Shown here piece after piece: positions 1 to 11,220 of a stretch of DNA of 64,000 nt; within the stretch, counting starts at the first letter, position 1, and each line of letters opens with the position of its first letter. The DNA is taken from assembly GCA_000004985.1 (NCBI GenBank), contig GG738859.1; one strand, 5' to 3'. The stretch comes from Naegleria gruberi. Taxonomy: Eukaryota. The translations under genes and the position numbers were made by a program. The notes below the pieces were generated by a model. The model saw only the letters and a list, made by a program, of their open reading frames with translations, did not search any database and was not told where the DNA came from.

Positions 1-933
1 GTTGATGCCCAATAAATCCCAGTTACCTTCCTTAGTATAGAATTTGATAGCGAATCCTCTTGGCTTGGAAATTGAAAAAATGATATTCGAAAGTCAATAT
101 TAAACTTAAAAACTTACATCTCTTGTAGTTTCTGGATCTCCAACTTCAGTAAAGATACCAGAAAATCTAGTAATAAATTGAGTTGACTTTCCAACTTGAT
201 TAAACAAATCAGCACAAGTATACTTGGAAATGTCATTTGTCACAGTAAATGTACCATAAGCACCAGTTCCCAAAGCATGTACATTTCTTGGAGGAATCTT
301 TTCAGTATTGAAATGTTGAAGCTTTTCTAACAAATCCAAATCTTGAACACAAAGTGGACCTTGACTGCCAGATGTTAAAGAATCCTTGACATGACCAATT
401 GGACAACCTGTTTGTCTTGTAATGATATTTTGTCTGTTAATTTCATTTTGTTCAATCACACCTGGAATTTTACCAAATTGCTTACTGACTTCCTTGGAAG
501 TGAATGAGTCTGAACCATATCCAAGCGGACATTTTAATTGTTGTGATAATTGACTACTTTCAAGTCCTTGTTCTTGTTGAAGCTTTGGTTGAGTGGATTG
601 AATTCCAGATGGTTGTAATCCAGAAGTTTGCTTTCCATATTGTTGTTGTTGAAGTTGTGGTTGTTGTTGCAGTTGTTGTGGTTGCTGTTGAAGTTGTGGT
701 TGATTGGGTTGTTGTAAGCCAACCTGTTGTTGTTGTACTCCAGTTGGTGATTGTTGCATTCCAGTTGGAGATTGTTGTGATTGTTGTGATTGTTGTTGAG
801 TGGAAGATAAATGAGAAGGTCTGAAGGCACCACTAGCATACGTTGGTGAAAAACCTTGTTGTTGCTGAGTGGGTGATTTCTGTTGTAAACCACCCTGTTG
901 TTGTTGAGGTGATTGTGGTTGGTTTGATTGCAT
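1..933 (-). CDS. catalase, 5' part (gene continues beyond the window start), with a ~130-aa Gln-rich N-terminal extension
   Basis: Minus-strand ORF with ATG at 933..931, open to a GTAAGT donor at 117. Intron 64..117 (54 nt, ..TTCCAAG acceptor). The next exon 63..1 is still open at the window edge. Translation: ..[86 protein letters not shown]|[21 protein letters not shown]. This matches the canonical catalase core (RERIPERVVHAKG.GAFGYFEVT..TVRDPRGFA.KFYTEEGNWDLVGNN), and the distal His is retained. The N-terminal ~130 aa are Q-rich (CAA/CAG microsatellite-like coding). Confidence 0.8.
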
Positions 934-1148
934 TTTGTTTTGGCTTAATAAACTTTTTACCCTCCAAATGATTCAAGTTTTTAAGTTAATAAGTGGGACG
1001 AACTTATTTGGAAAATTGTTGAATGAAGAAATTGCATTAGAAAGTCAACGAACTAAGCTTTACTTTTGGAGAATTTACAAAAATCCAAAAGTCGATTTAC
1101 TAAATGTGGGTGGTTCCAAAAGGAGTTTACAGTTATTGTAATAATTAT

Positions 1149-3569
1149 TTATTCGTCATCGTCTGAATCTTCTTCGCTGTCTTCTTCGCCTTCCTCAATG
1201 TCTTGTTCAAAATCATGTTTTCTCTTCTTGTTGGATTTAATACTTCCTGATTCTTCGTCATCGTCGTCTTCGTCCTTATTCTTTCTCTTCTTTCCTAGAG
1301 CATCCCTAATACCTGCTTCTTCATCATCGAGATCTTCATCAGAATCATCTTCCATGTCAAGATCAGTTCCTAAGGCATCAATAAGTCCACCCATTTCATC
1401 ATCCTCATCATCTTGCTCTTCTTCAGAATCAGATCCCATAATTTCCTCCTCATCAGAATCATCTTTAATTTCTTCTTCTTCATCTTCATCGACGAGGTCA
1501 ACCATTTCGTCATCCTTTTCGTCTTCTTCGTCTGCTTCTTCATCAGCCTTGAATTCATCATCGTCTTCATCTGCTTGGAATGCATTGAGTAAACCAGCAT
1601 CGATATCACCATCCACTTTCATGTTACCTTCTTCTGGAGGTACTTCCTCTTCATCATCTGATAAATAAACCTTCTTCTTGCTTGGCTTTTCCTGCACTTC
1701 AAGCACTTCAACAACATCAATTTTGGATTTCTTTGAACTTTTCTTGCTTGGCTTTTCTGTTGTTGCTGTTGCTGTTGCTGTTGTTTCAGCAATTGATTCC
1801 TCCTTTACATCAAAGCCAAAGTTTTGCTTAAGTTTTGGTAAACTCAGATAGAAATTGACTTCATTAAATGGATTGAAGTCTGGCTTCTTATTTTCGTCTT
1901 CCTTAGCTAAACTGACAAGTTCAGCACCACCTCTTGACATTCTCGAAATCATCTTTCTTGCAAAAGAACTTTGAGTATCTGGACTTACACCCATCGAATT
2001 GAAACACATTAATATCTTTTCTGTTGTCATTTTAGTGTCTTTTTGTATAGCAGCAACGAGTTCTTTCCTCATATAGAAATTACACATGAGTAAGGCAGAT
2101 GCAAGAAGGTGACAAGCAATACGAACTTGTACAGTTTTACAAATAAATTTGTCAACATTCAAATGTCTCAATTCTCTTGGTCTAGTCTTTTCATCAGTAA
2201 CAGCAAAACGAAGAAGTAAATCTTGAAGACATTTTGAAGATTTTGGAAGGAAGAGATATGGGTGTTTCTTCATTGCTTCAACTGGAGCATTTGGGAAAAT
2301 AGCTTCAACACTTTCAATACCAGTATCCTTCTTTTCTTTCTTTTTTTCTTCCTTTTCTTCCTTTTCCTTCTTTCCAGCTTTCTTAGTTTGTTTACGATCA
2401 AGAATTCCATTTACATAACAAGTTCTAATAATATTTTGAGCATGATCCTTGAATCTTTTAGCTTGTGAAATTTGGAAAAGACCCAACATGACCATATAAT
2501 AATGAGCAATAGCTGGAATGTCACCAGCAACAGTTTGTAAGAATGTTGAGAAATCCTTTTGATTATCCGTTTCCTCTTGATCAGAATCTTGTTCGTCATC
2601 ACTAGTAATGAACTTTTTCTTTTTCTTTCTCTGTTCTTTAGAGACAGCATTCCAATTCCTATTATCAATTATTGAACCAAAATAGGTTTGTAAGAATTGT
2701 GGAAGGTGGGTGAAATCTGATGTTGATTTAATATTCACATTAACATCTTCACTCAAAGCACCTGTTTCTTCAGTGGCATCTTCAAGAACTGCCCAAACTT
2801 TTTGAAGTGACTTGTTTCTATTGTGTTTTTCCTCAAATTGTTCAATGAGTTGTTTCTCTGAAAATAATAAATCCCTCTTTAAATCAAGAACTTCATGTAA
2901 ATGAGTTGTATGAATATTGAAACTTGGCATGTACTGTTGCATAGTAGACAAGGCAGAAGCTCTTGTTGTTTTTCCGACCAATGTTTGCAATTCTTGTAAT
3001 TGAGCCTTTCTCAAATCAGTTGCTGAAGTAGTAGCTCTCTTTTCTTGAATTTTAGTGTATTTCTTAGAGTTGAAAAGTGTGAGACCATCGTTTTTAACAA
3101 TGGCACCACCAAGTACTCTCTTTTCAAAGAATTGTTTGTATGTGATACCTGGTTGGACAGAATCAATTCCTCCTTGTTCAATTTCCCTCTTTAAAGTTTC
3201 CTTTCTTTCAATATTTTGTTTAGAGTCCTCGTTAATAACATAAAATTCAGGTACATCAATAATTGTTGGCTTGCTTTTACCTTGTTTTACTACAGCCAAT
3301 AAATATTTAGACCCTTGATTTGTGTTATTTGATGAAAATTGCATTGTTTTAGATTCTCCGTATAAGAAAGACTTGGATTCTTCATCTCGCACTAATGTAA
3401 AGTGTACATTAGAAATATTAGGAGGTGCAGAGATTGAATTTGAAAATTGAACAACACATGGTGTTGTCAAGGATGTTTTTTTGCTCTTTTTAGAGGAGCT
3501 TCTTGTCTTCTTTTCATCCTCTGAAGATGATGAAGATGACTCCACTGGCTTGTTTTTGTGTTTACCCAT
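1149..3569 (-). CDS. 806-aa nuclear-type protein: Lys/Ser-rich N-terminus, central conserved region, ~170-aa Asp/Glu-rich C-terminal tail (function unassigned; chromatin/nucleolar-like composition)
   Basis: Uninterrupted minus-strand ORF, ATG 3569..3567 in an AAAATGGG context, TAA at 1151..1149. Composition: the MGKHKNK..SSSSSSEDEKK..KKSKK N-terminus and the ..DEDDDEFKADEEADEEDEKDDE..SEEDSDDDE C-terminus are typical of histone-chaperone or nucleolar proteins. No family can be assigned by eye. Confidence 0.6.
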   Translation of the reverse strand: MGKHKNKPVESSSSSSEDEKKTRSSSKKSKKTSLTTPCVVQFSNSISAPPNISNVHFTLVRDEESKSFLYGESKTMQFSSNNTNQGSKYLLAVVKQGKSKPTIIDVPEFYVINEDSKQNIERKETLKREIEQGGIDSVQPGITYKQFFEKRVLGGAIVKNDGLTLFNSKKYTKIQEKRATTSATDLRKAQLQELQTLVGKTTRASALSTMQQYMPSFNIHTTHLHEVLDLKRDLLFSEKQLIEQFEEKHNRNKSLQKVWAVLEDATEETGALSEDVNVNIKSTSDFTHLPQFLQTYFGSIIDNRNWNAVSKEQRKKKKKFITSDDEQDSDQEETDNQKDFSTFLQTVAGDIPAIAHYYMVMLGLFQISQAKRFKDHAQNIIRTCYVNGILDRKQTKKAGKKEKEEKEEKKKEKKDTGIESVEAIFPNAPVEAMKKHPYLFLPKSSKCLQDLLLRFAVTDEKTRPRELRHLNVDKFICKTVQVRIACHLLASALLMCNFYMRKELVAAIQKDTKMTTEKILMCFNSMGVSPDTQSSFARKMISRMSRGGAELVSLAKEDENKKPDFNPFNEVNFYLSLPKLKQNFGFDVKEESIAETTATATATTEKPSKKSSKKSKIDVVEVLEVQEKPSKKKVYLSDDEEEVPPEEGNMKVDGDIDAGLLNAFQADEDDDEFKADEEADEEDEKDDEMVDLVDEDEEEEIKDDSDEEEIMGSDSEEEQDDEDDEMGGLIDALGTDLDMEDDSDEDLDDEEAGIRDALGKKRKNKDEDDDDEESGSIKSNKKRKHDFEQDIEEGEEDSEEDSDDDE

Positions 3570-3740
3570 TTTTTTTCAAATTCAAAAAATTATTATTCAA
3601 ATTATTTTTGAATGTGAAAGCGTTTCTCTTATGTTTGGGTGTTTGCCAGTGTGGTAACAGTCACACAGATCGGATTTAAGAAAACAAGTTTGTTTATTTT
3701 GTTATTATCTTGAATATGTACAATGTGAAGGGAAACATGA

Positions 3741-4856
3741 TTATATAATGTTCAGTGTTTCCAAATCCTTTTGAAGCAAGATATTCTTCACATCATTAAA
3801 GACCATCTTGATATTATTGGTGTTGGTGGCTGTTGTTACATGGCTATAGAGTTGAGTATTCTTAGAGTTAAGTGATTTGAATTTGTTAATGATGAAATCT
3901 CGAGCTGATTCATATTGATGTCCTCCATGGTAATCACTAAAGGCCACTCTCAGATCTGCATTCTTAATCTTTTCTCTGAACAGATCATCCTTGTTGAATA
4001 AGACAATAATTGGAATGGACTTGAAACAATCAAGCTCACAAATTTCTCTAAAAAGAAGTAAGCTTTCGTGTATTCTATTGGTAGTCTTATCTTCCTCTAA
4101 ATTCATATCAAAATCATTAAGTGAGCAAATAAACACGACAGCTGTAGTATCCACAAAGGCATGAATCCACTTTCTTCTCTCCGTCCTTTGACCACCAACA
4201 TCTGTGAATTTCCATCTGTATCCATCGGCATCAAATTCAACCTCAGTAATACCTAGGGTGGTTAATCTGGCTTTGATGATGTCTTCCTGGGTGGCTACAT
4301 AATCTGGTTTGCATATTCTTTCACAATGATCCAGGAAACTGTTGAATTACCAATGATGAAAATTAATTAATATATATTAATTAGAACAATCATTTCTTAA
4401 ATAACATCTTCAAATAACTTACTATTCAATAGTGTCATTGATGGTAAATTCAGATCTTTTGGCCAAACACTGTTTCATGCCTGGATCTTTCCACAGTTTT
4501 GCAATCTTTCCAGCAATATCCTCTCCATAATTCTCGGTTTTTGTTGTTAGGATTTTTTGAATTTCAATAACAGGCTCCTTAGCAATAGACATTATCATTG
4601 AGGCTGTATCTTCATTCTCCTTCATCAACTCAATTCCTAGATCGTGCATTGCTTTGAGTATTGCCGAACATCCCTCAATCAAATTCTCTCTCACCACATT
4701 CGACATGGAAATCTTTTCCTTCTCTGTGAAGGGCTTATTATTAATAATTCTCAATTGTTTAAAGAGTGTACTCTTTCCACTTTGAGCCGTACCTAGCAAA
4801 ATGAGCTTTAACACTCTCTTTGGTTCATCTTCACCTCCACAGTCAAAGCAGCCCAT
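3741..4856 (-). CDS. heterotrimeric G-protein alpha subunit (2 exons, ~343 aa)
   Basis: Exon 1 complement(4423..4856), intron 4339..4422 (84 nt, GTAAGT..AACAG), exon 2 complement(3741..4338). N-terminus MGCFDCGG is an acylation-type start. P-loop GTAQSGKST. Splicing joins ..INDTIE|YFLDHCERICKPDYVATQEDIIKARLTTLGITE (switch I RxxTxGI), then FTDVGGQRTERRKWIHAF, LFNKDDLF (NKxD) and TTATNT (G5). Confidence 0.85.
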
Positions 4857-5315
4857 TTTTTTCTTAATAATTTAATCCTTAAGGATTTTACTTCTTAACG
4901 GTCAAAAGAAAAAGACTTGATGAATCGTTCCTTCTTTCCAATGCATGAATATATAAAGCAGTGAATTAAAAATGGAACAAAAAATTCAAAATTCCTTAAC
5001 ATTGTTTTTCAATTCAATTGAAGTAATTGACCATGAATGGGTAGTTTTTTAGTTCTACGGAGTTTCAAACTCCAGCAATCTATCATAATTTTATTAGAAA
5101 AAGAACAAGCAATTCTCTTTATGATTTCTAATTTAAAAAAATGAGAAAACGTTGCTGAGCAACACATAATCATCAATTATTACATTCATTAAAACAATTA
5201 TTGATCAGTAAAGAGAATTTAAAATCGGATACTATTTACTATTCATTTATACATCATCAGCATCATTTAGAAAAATATATATCTTGTTGTTGTTATTACA
5301 TAAGACAAGGTGAGA

Positions 5316-8300
5316 ATGAGATTACCAATTCCTCAAAATGTAATGCCGAATAATATGGCAAATAATCATCATCATCCTCCTCATCATCATCAAAATAATA
5401 ATTACCCTAAACATCATTATCATGCCCATTCACGATTTAATGTTAATACTCAACAAAAGCATTTACCACTTTTCAGAAGGGATTTTATTATAGTGGCTGA
5501 GTTTTGTGAACAGAAGGGTCCGACACCTCTTCTCGTCTTGCCAAATGATCGAGCCTTGGAACGTTTCAATGTTCAAAAGTTTGTAACAAGAGTATTGGCT
5601 GGTGATCACACAAGGAAACACGACAAGTTGGGAGATAATTGTACTTGGATTTGTCCAGAGGATACTCAAGTCTACTTGACAGATTCTGCTCAAGGAGCTT
5701 TTGCCTATGTATGTTTCAAAATCAATTCATTATTGGAAATTAATTTTTACTATCTTTCTCTGTTAACTTTACTGTTTATTTATCTTGTTTGATTATCAAT
5801 CATCTACACAACAACAGGTACATCACATTACACTTCATGATATCAATGCAAGAGGATATGTTAGACCAATGGTCATGTGCTATGTGACCAATGATAAGGA
5901 TAAAATAATGCACCATTTTGAATACTTGCTAAATACCTTTACACAAGTTTCACAAACACTCAAGTATGGAAACAATTGTAAATTCTTGAGCGATACTCAA
6001 CATCAATTATATGGAATTCAGAAAATAGAAATGAAATTACATCCCAACAGTGGAAATGAACTGTCTTCACCAAGTATTAGTTCCTCACAGGAATTATCAA
6101 ATGAAGAAAAAATTGAAAAACGTTGGAGAGAAATGTCAGAAGGTTTATTCTCTCCCAACAATGAGAATGCACTTTCAAAGGATACTTTCGAATTGGTAAT
6201 GAAAGAATTGAAGGATTTGAGACGAAGATTCATGATACACATGAACAAGTCCTCATCCATACTGAAACCAAAAAAGAAGACTCAAAAAAACAAAAAGAAT
6301 TCCAAATCAGGTCCATTACAAAATCATACATATTTATTTGAAGAATCGAGGTCAAGATCTGCGAGTAATAGCTCACAATCTACCTATGGAGCTGGGTCCA
6401 CAGAGGAAGATAATTCCGATCAGGAAGTTTCTTCGCTAGGAGATCCTAGTAGTGGTGACTACAAAGTAGTTCAAATTGTACATAATAGCAGCAGTGGAAA
6501 CAAATTGGAGGAAAATGATTTCAATGAAGAATTGGATGAAGAGTCTACCGAACTCATCCTCAATAAGATTGCTGATGAGGAAACTCTTGATACGGGGTTA
6601 ATCGATCATATTTACATGTCGTTTAGTGCTGGAACTTCCTCAGTTTCATCTCTACATTTACATCCAACATTTGCAGTTAATCCTAAGGCAAATCTGAATG
6701 CTGTACCATATAAGAGTTCGCATTTTGTTGGAGGGTTTAGTGGTGCTAGTGTTGGTGCTCCAACAACAGCCTTCTTGTCCTCTCCTCATCAAGGTTCACA
6801 TATTCAAAACACATCTCATATGGTGAATGTACTGAATGATATTAGTGATTCTCCATATTTGAACAGCATTTCCAGTCCAACATTCAATGCAATGAATTCT
6901 CTCAAGGTTCAAAATCCTGACTTTGTGGAATTGTATGAGACTGGTCTTTCTGTGTCCTCTCATAATTTGAAACAATTCATGCCAACCATTTTAAGATGTA
7001 TCCACAGAAATACTAATTTTGAAACCACCCTGAGAACGTTAGCTCAAATTGCTGGACAGAAATTTTATGAAACATCGGTTGATTTGATGTTGAATATTAT
7101 CGAACATTTCTATAGAGATTGTGATGTTATTGATATGGAAAATGCCGACTTGGATATTATCAATTCGAATGACCTTAACTCAATGCTCTTCATTGGAAGA
7201 AACTTTTTATTGGACTTTAATATTGAAAATGGTTATCATTACCCACCAACGTTAAGCAATACCACATTTACAAAGAGCTTCCAATACCAATCAGCTCTGA
7301 ATACTAGTGCTAGCATCAACTCTTCCAATGATGAAGTTTCATGGTTAGACAATGAAAATACATACAATGATGCTGAAGATGAGGCACTATCAACCATCTC
7401 TCATGATGAGCAAGACAATCCACTATTTGGAAGCTTCCCTTCCTCCTCTCCTGTGATGGCAAACAACTCTATCGAACAAAGCAACTCTCTTTCAACCAAC
7501 AACAGTGACCGCTTTCAACTGTACAGAAATGGATTCAAGGGCACTGGTTCCTATGTCAATAGTCTATTCCAAGAATATGACAAGTATGATGAATTATTCC
7601 ACGAATTGAAAAAGAGAAAACATAATTCCTCCAATTATACTGCATCAAATAATAACCAAAATCAATCCCTTCTAACCTCTCTCCTGTTTGAATATAATTA
7701 TGGTGAGCATAGTTACGGAAAAGGAATATTAAGGTTTTTCAGAGAATTTTCATTCACAAAAGATATTGCCTACTCCATCATGATTGGTCGACCTATAGTA
7801 ATATATGCAGATTCTAATCAAGAACAGTAAGTATTAGATCACCACTCTTTTCAAAAATTAATTAATACTTTTATCCAATACAGAATTGTAAGAAGTATTG
7901 TCAACTCCCTAGCTTTATTCATACCAGGGTTTATCAATGGAACATTTGAAAATACAAAGAATGACTACTTTTCTGTTTGTTATTGGAAGACCACTCCAAT
8001 CAATGTAAGTTTTTTCAGCAACATTCAATATCAACTCTGAAAAGATTCTTGATTTTTCCACAAACAAGATTATTGGGCTGAGTAAGAAAGTTCATTTCCC
8101 TACAACATTCGAATCTTGGGTGAGCATTTTGGATTTGGAAAATGAACTCTATACTGGACCAAGCTATTATGGAAGATATTTGGATATTATCTTTGATGAG
8201 TCAAAGGAGTGGTTTACTGAGGATGCATTCTTGGCCTTTACGCATGCCATCTTTTTAGAAATGGGCATGAAGGCATCACTCTACAATCAATTGTATTCCA

Positions 8301-8728
8301 TTGCAAAAACTAGAGGGCACTTTTACAAGAAATCCCTCCACAAAATCTCAACCACTGATCAAGCACCAAAAGATGGAGGAAGATCATCTCTATTTGGACC
8401 AATGTTCCCATCCCTACCACCACAAATGATTCACAAACATAATTCTCAATCCTCAAAGAAATCCAAACAAAAGAAAGCCTCTCAGCATTCACACAGCTAC
8501 CCTATTGGTTCAGGTGCTCTGGAATCCATGAAAGATTGCAGTAAGACCATCCAAAGACAATTAGGACTCAAATCTTGTGACTCTAAAATAGTTGATTATT
8601 TGGTAGATTTGATTCACATTCAGGAATCTATGGAATTAATGTTAAATCCAGTCCTTCAAAACTCCATTCGTGTTGACACTGAAGTTTCTCTCAAGCATAC
8701 CAATAAAAGAAGAAAACAAACCAAGTGA
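5316..8728 (+). CDS. folliculin (FLCN/BHD)-like protein, 4 exons, with a very large Ser/Asn-rich insertion (~1060 aa)
   Basis: Exons 5316..5708, 5818..7826, 7884..8004, 8069..8728. Donors GTATGT/GTAAGT/GTAAGT, acceptors ..CAACAG/..AATACAG/..AACAAG. ORF-track entries 5310.., 5785.. and 8120.. are one gene. N-terminus: IIVAEFCEQKGPTPLLVLP (cf. FLCN ALCHFCELHGPRTLF) plus DNCTWICPED (Cys/His cluster). Exon 2: ARGYVRPMVMCYVTNDKDKIMHHFEYLLNTFTQV (cf. [31 protein letters not shown]). Exons 2/3: IMIGRPIVIYADSNQEQ|IVRSIVNSLALFIPG (cf. [30 protein letters not shown], DENN-like C-terminal domain). Confidence 0.7.
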
Positions 8729-9749
8729 GATGGACAATCCACTGTGGTATTCCTGATAATCGAAAAAGTGACTTATTTTATCAAATTTTCAATTGTTTCA
8801 ATGATTTAAATTCAATCACAAGATAGATGACAATGAAATGAAACGGAATTGTTGTACAGTTAATTGAAGATGATCCACTTATCATGTGGTTGTAATAATT
8901 TACTTTCATTGTGTTCGCTTCACACTTTGGATCATTTATAGAATGAGAGTAATTAATTGGAATTTCATTTATTCGAAACCATGAATCCCAACTCTCACGA
9001 TATTTTTATTCGAATTATCCATCAACAGACATTCAAACACTTTTCGTGATGAAAAAACTGTAAATGTACTTTTCAATGCTTGTTCCATCATCAATACATT
9101 TCAAGTTGGTTCTCAGTGAGAGATATTTCTCTTACCATTCATCTTATTGAAAAACAAAGCTCTTTGGAAGTGCTCTAACCCTAAACTAAAAGAAAGATCA
9201 TTTCGTTTACTTTCGTCTTCAGTTTCTGATTTTGACAACAATCTTGCATAAGATAATCCCACAAGTCAACCAAATCTCAATTATTGCAACTCATTCCAAT
9301 GATGTGAATCACTTGCCGAGTATTTCACGCTGCAAGCCAAATAAAATTCATGCCTTCTTTTTTAATGGTTGTTCGTCAAAATGATGTATGGAGACGTCAG
9401 TTGTCTATCAATAAAAAACAACGTAAAAAAAAACACTTTTCATCCTCTCGCACACTCACTTCATCCAAAACTTCATCAACGAAGCGAAAAGGACAAACTT
9501 GAAAACACAACACACTGATTAAAACATTGAAGTGTGTTCCATTGTTCATTAAAGGCGTTTTCCTCTCTAAAACATTGAAAAAAAAAAGCGGCGCGCTTTA
9601 TTTACCGTAAATTTTAAAACATAGATAACACACAACGCAGGAAGTTGCTTTTGTTTTCTCTCTCACTCTCTAGGAATAAGAAGATAACACACATATAATA
9701 TTTGTAGATTACAAATTACATACAACAATTGATTTAATATAGAAGAAAA

Positions 9750-11002
9750 ATGGGTATTTGCGCAACTAAACAACCAGGATCAGTCCAAGCACTGAATGAA
9801 ATTGAAAAGGGAAGACAACAACAAGAAAGAGAAATTAAAGTCTTGCTTTTGGGAGCAGGTGAATCTGGTAAGAGTAAGTAATCATAACGATAATTGATGG
9901 TGGTTGACCATATACAACAATAACAATTTTAATAACTACAAACTACTAATGATTGTTTGTTGAATGAACATGTTTAATAATGGTAATGATGATCATATGA
10001 AAACCTTTTATCTTTGTTTCTTCAACTTTAACTGATTATAAATTTATATATTGATGATTTATAATAGGTACCATTTTCAAGCAAATGAAGATTATCCATC
10101 AAAATGGTTACTCTGAAGAAGAAAGAGAATCATACAAGGAAATTATCTACGGTAACATATTAAAAGCCATGAAGAATCTGGTCCAAGCGACCTTCTCTTT
10201 TAACATTCCTATTGAACAGGAAGAAAACAGAGAACGTGCTGGTAAGATCAATGAACTCGAACAAGAAGCTCTGCTACACGTACATAAATATTGGACAGCT
10301 GAAATTGCTGACGATATTCAATGTTTGTGGTCAGATCCTGGTATTCAAAAAGTTTTTGAGAAACGTAACGAATTCCAATTGGACGATTCTGCTCCATACT
10401 ATTTCACTCACCTTGATAGAATTAAACAAGCTGACTATAAGCCAACTTTAGAAGACGTTGTCAGATCAAGAGTCAAGACAACTGGTATTGTAGAAATGAG
10501 CTTTAAATTAGATGATAGATCTGTAACCTTGATCGACGTTGGTGGCCAAAGAAACGAACGTAAAAAGTGGATTCACTGCTTTGAAGGTGTCACTGCTATT
10601 ATCTTTGTTACATCACTGAGTGAGTATGATCAAAGATGTTATGAAGATGATTCCACCAACCGTATGCATGAATCCTTGCTATTGTTCGACGAAATTTGTA
10701 ACTCTAGATGGTTCATGGATACATCCATTATCTTGTTCTTGAACAAGATGGATTTGTTCAAGGAAAAGATCAAGAGAACTGATCTCAGTCAATTCTTCCA
10801 AGAATATGAAGGTGGTAGAAACTTTGAAACTGCTGCCAGCTTTATTCGTTCTAAATTCGAAGAAAAGAACAGAAATCCAAGACACAAGACCATCTATGCT
10901 CACTTTACATGTGCCACAGATACACAACAATTACAACAGGTCTTTGATGCCATCAAGGATATCATTCTTAACAAGACTTTAAGAGAACAAGGTCTTTTCT
11001 AA
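9750..11002 (+). CDS. heterotrimeric G-protein alpha subunit (2 exons, 352 aa), canonical motifs
   Basis: Exon 1 9750..9873 (MGICATKQ..KVLLLGAGESGK), intron 9874..10067 (GTAAGT..AATAG, 194 nt), exon 2 10068..11002. Motifs: GAGESGKST, RVKTTGIVE, DVGGQRNERKKWIHCFEGVTAIIFV, FLNKMDLF, TCATDT. MGxxxT/S N-terminus suggests N-myristoylation. Confidence 0.9.
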
Positions 11003-11220
11003 ATGTCCTCCCACATTGTCATATTACTCTATTATCAACCCAAAAGAACTTTTCCAATTCTCTTTCCCCACAAACAATCACACATAAAACATCGAATGAA
11101 AATAAGTGTTCAATTTTGTAAATAACATAATACTTCAATTCCAATTAAATAAAAACACATTAAAAACATTATGAAACAAACGAGTGAGCGAACAAACTCA
11201 AATAATGAAAGAACTAAAAA

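Noticed and set aside
504-1668. Antisense or overlapping ORFs within genes (504..824, 534..893, 1066..1668, 1370..1612, 13090..13386, 30363..30812, 30386..30808, 36821..37036, 49600..50037 etc.)
   Set aside because: They are embedded in or opposite longer, homology-supported ORFs. Low-complexity repeat coding regions (CAA, GAT/GAA) generate open frames on several phases.
1757-1790. (TGTTGC)n and (CAA)n/(GAT)n microsatellites as independent features
   Set aside because: They are coding low-complexity (T/A-rich peptide, poly-Q, poly-D/E) inside genes, not stand-alone repeat loci.
5310-8728. Three separate ORFs (5310..5792, 5785..7830, 8120..8728) listed as independent proteins
   Set aside because: They join through GT..AG introns into one folliculin-like gene. 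The 5' ends of the second and third ORFs are intron or TTG/GTG artefacts.
9175-9186. Interstitial telomere-like CTAACCCTAAAC
   Set aside because: Only ~1.5 units of a TTAGGG-type motif, different from this chromosome's GGGTTT repeat. Likely chance.
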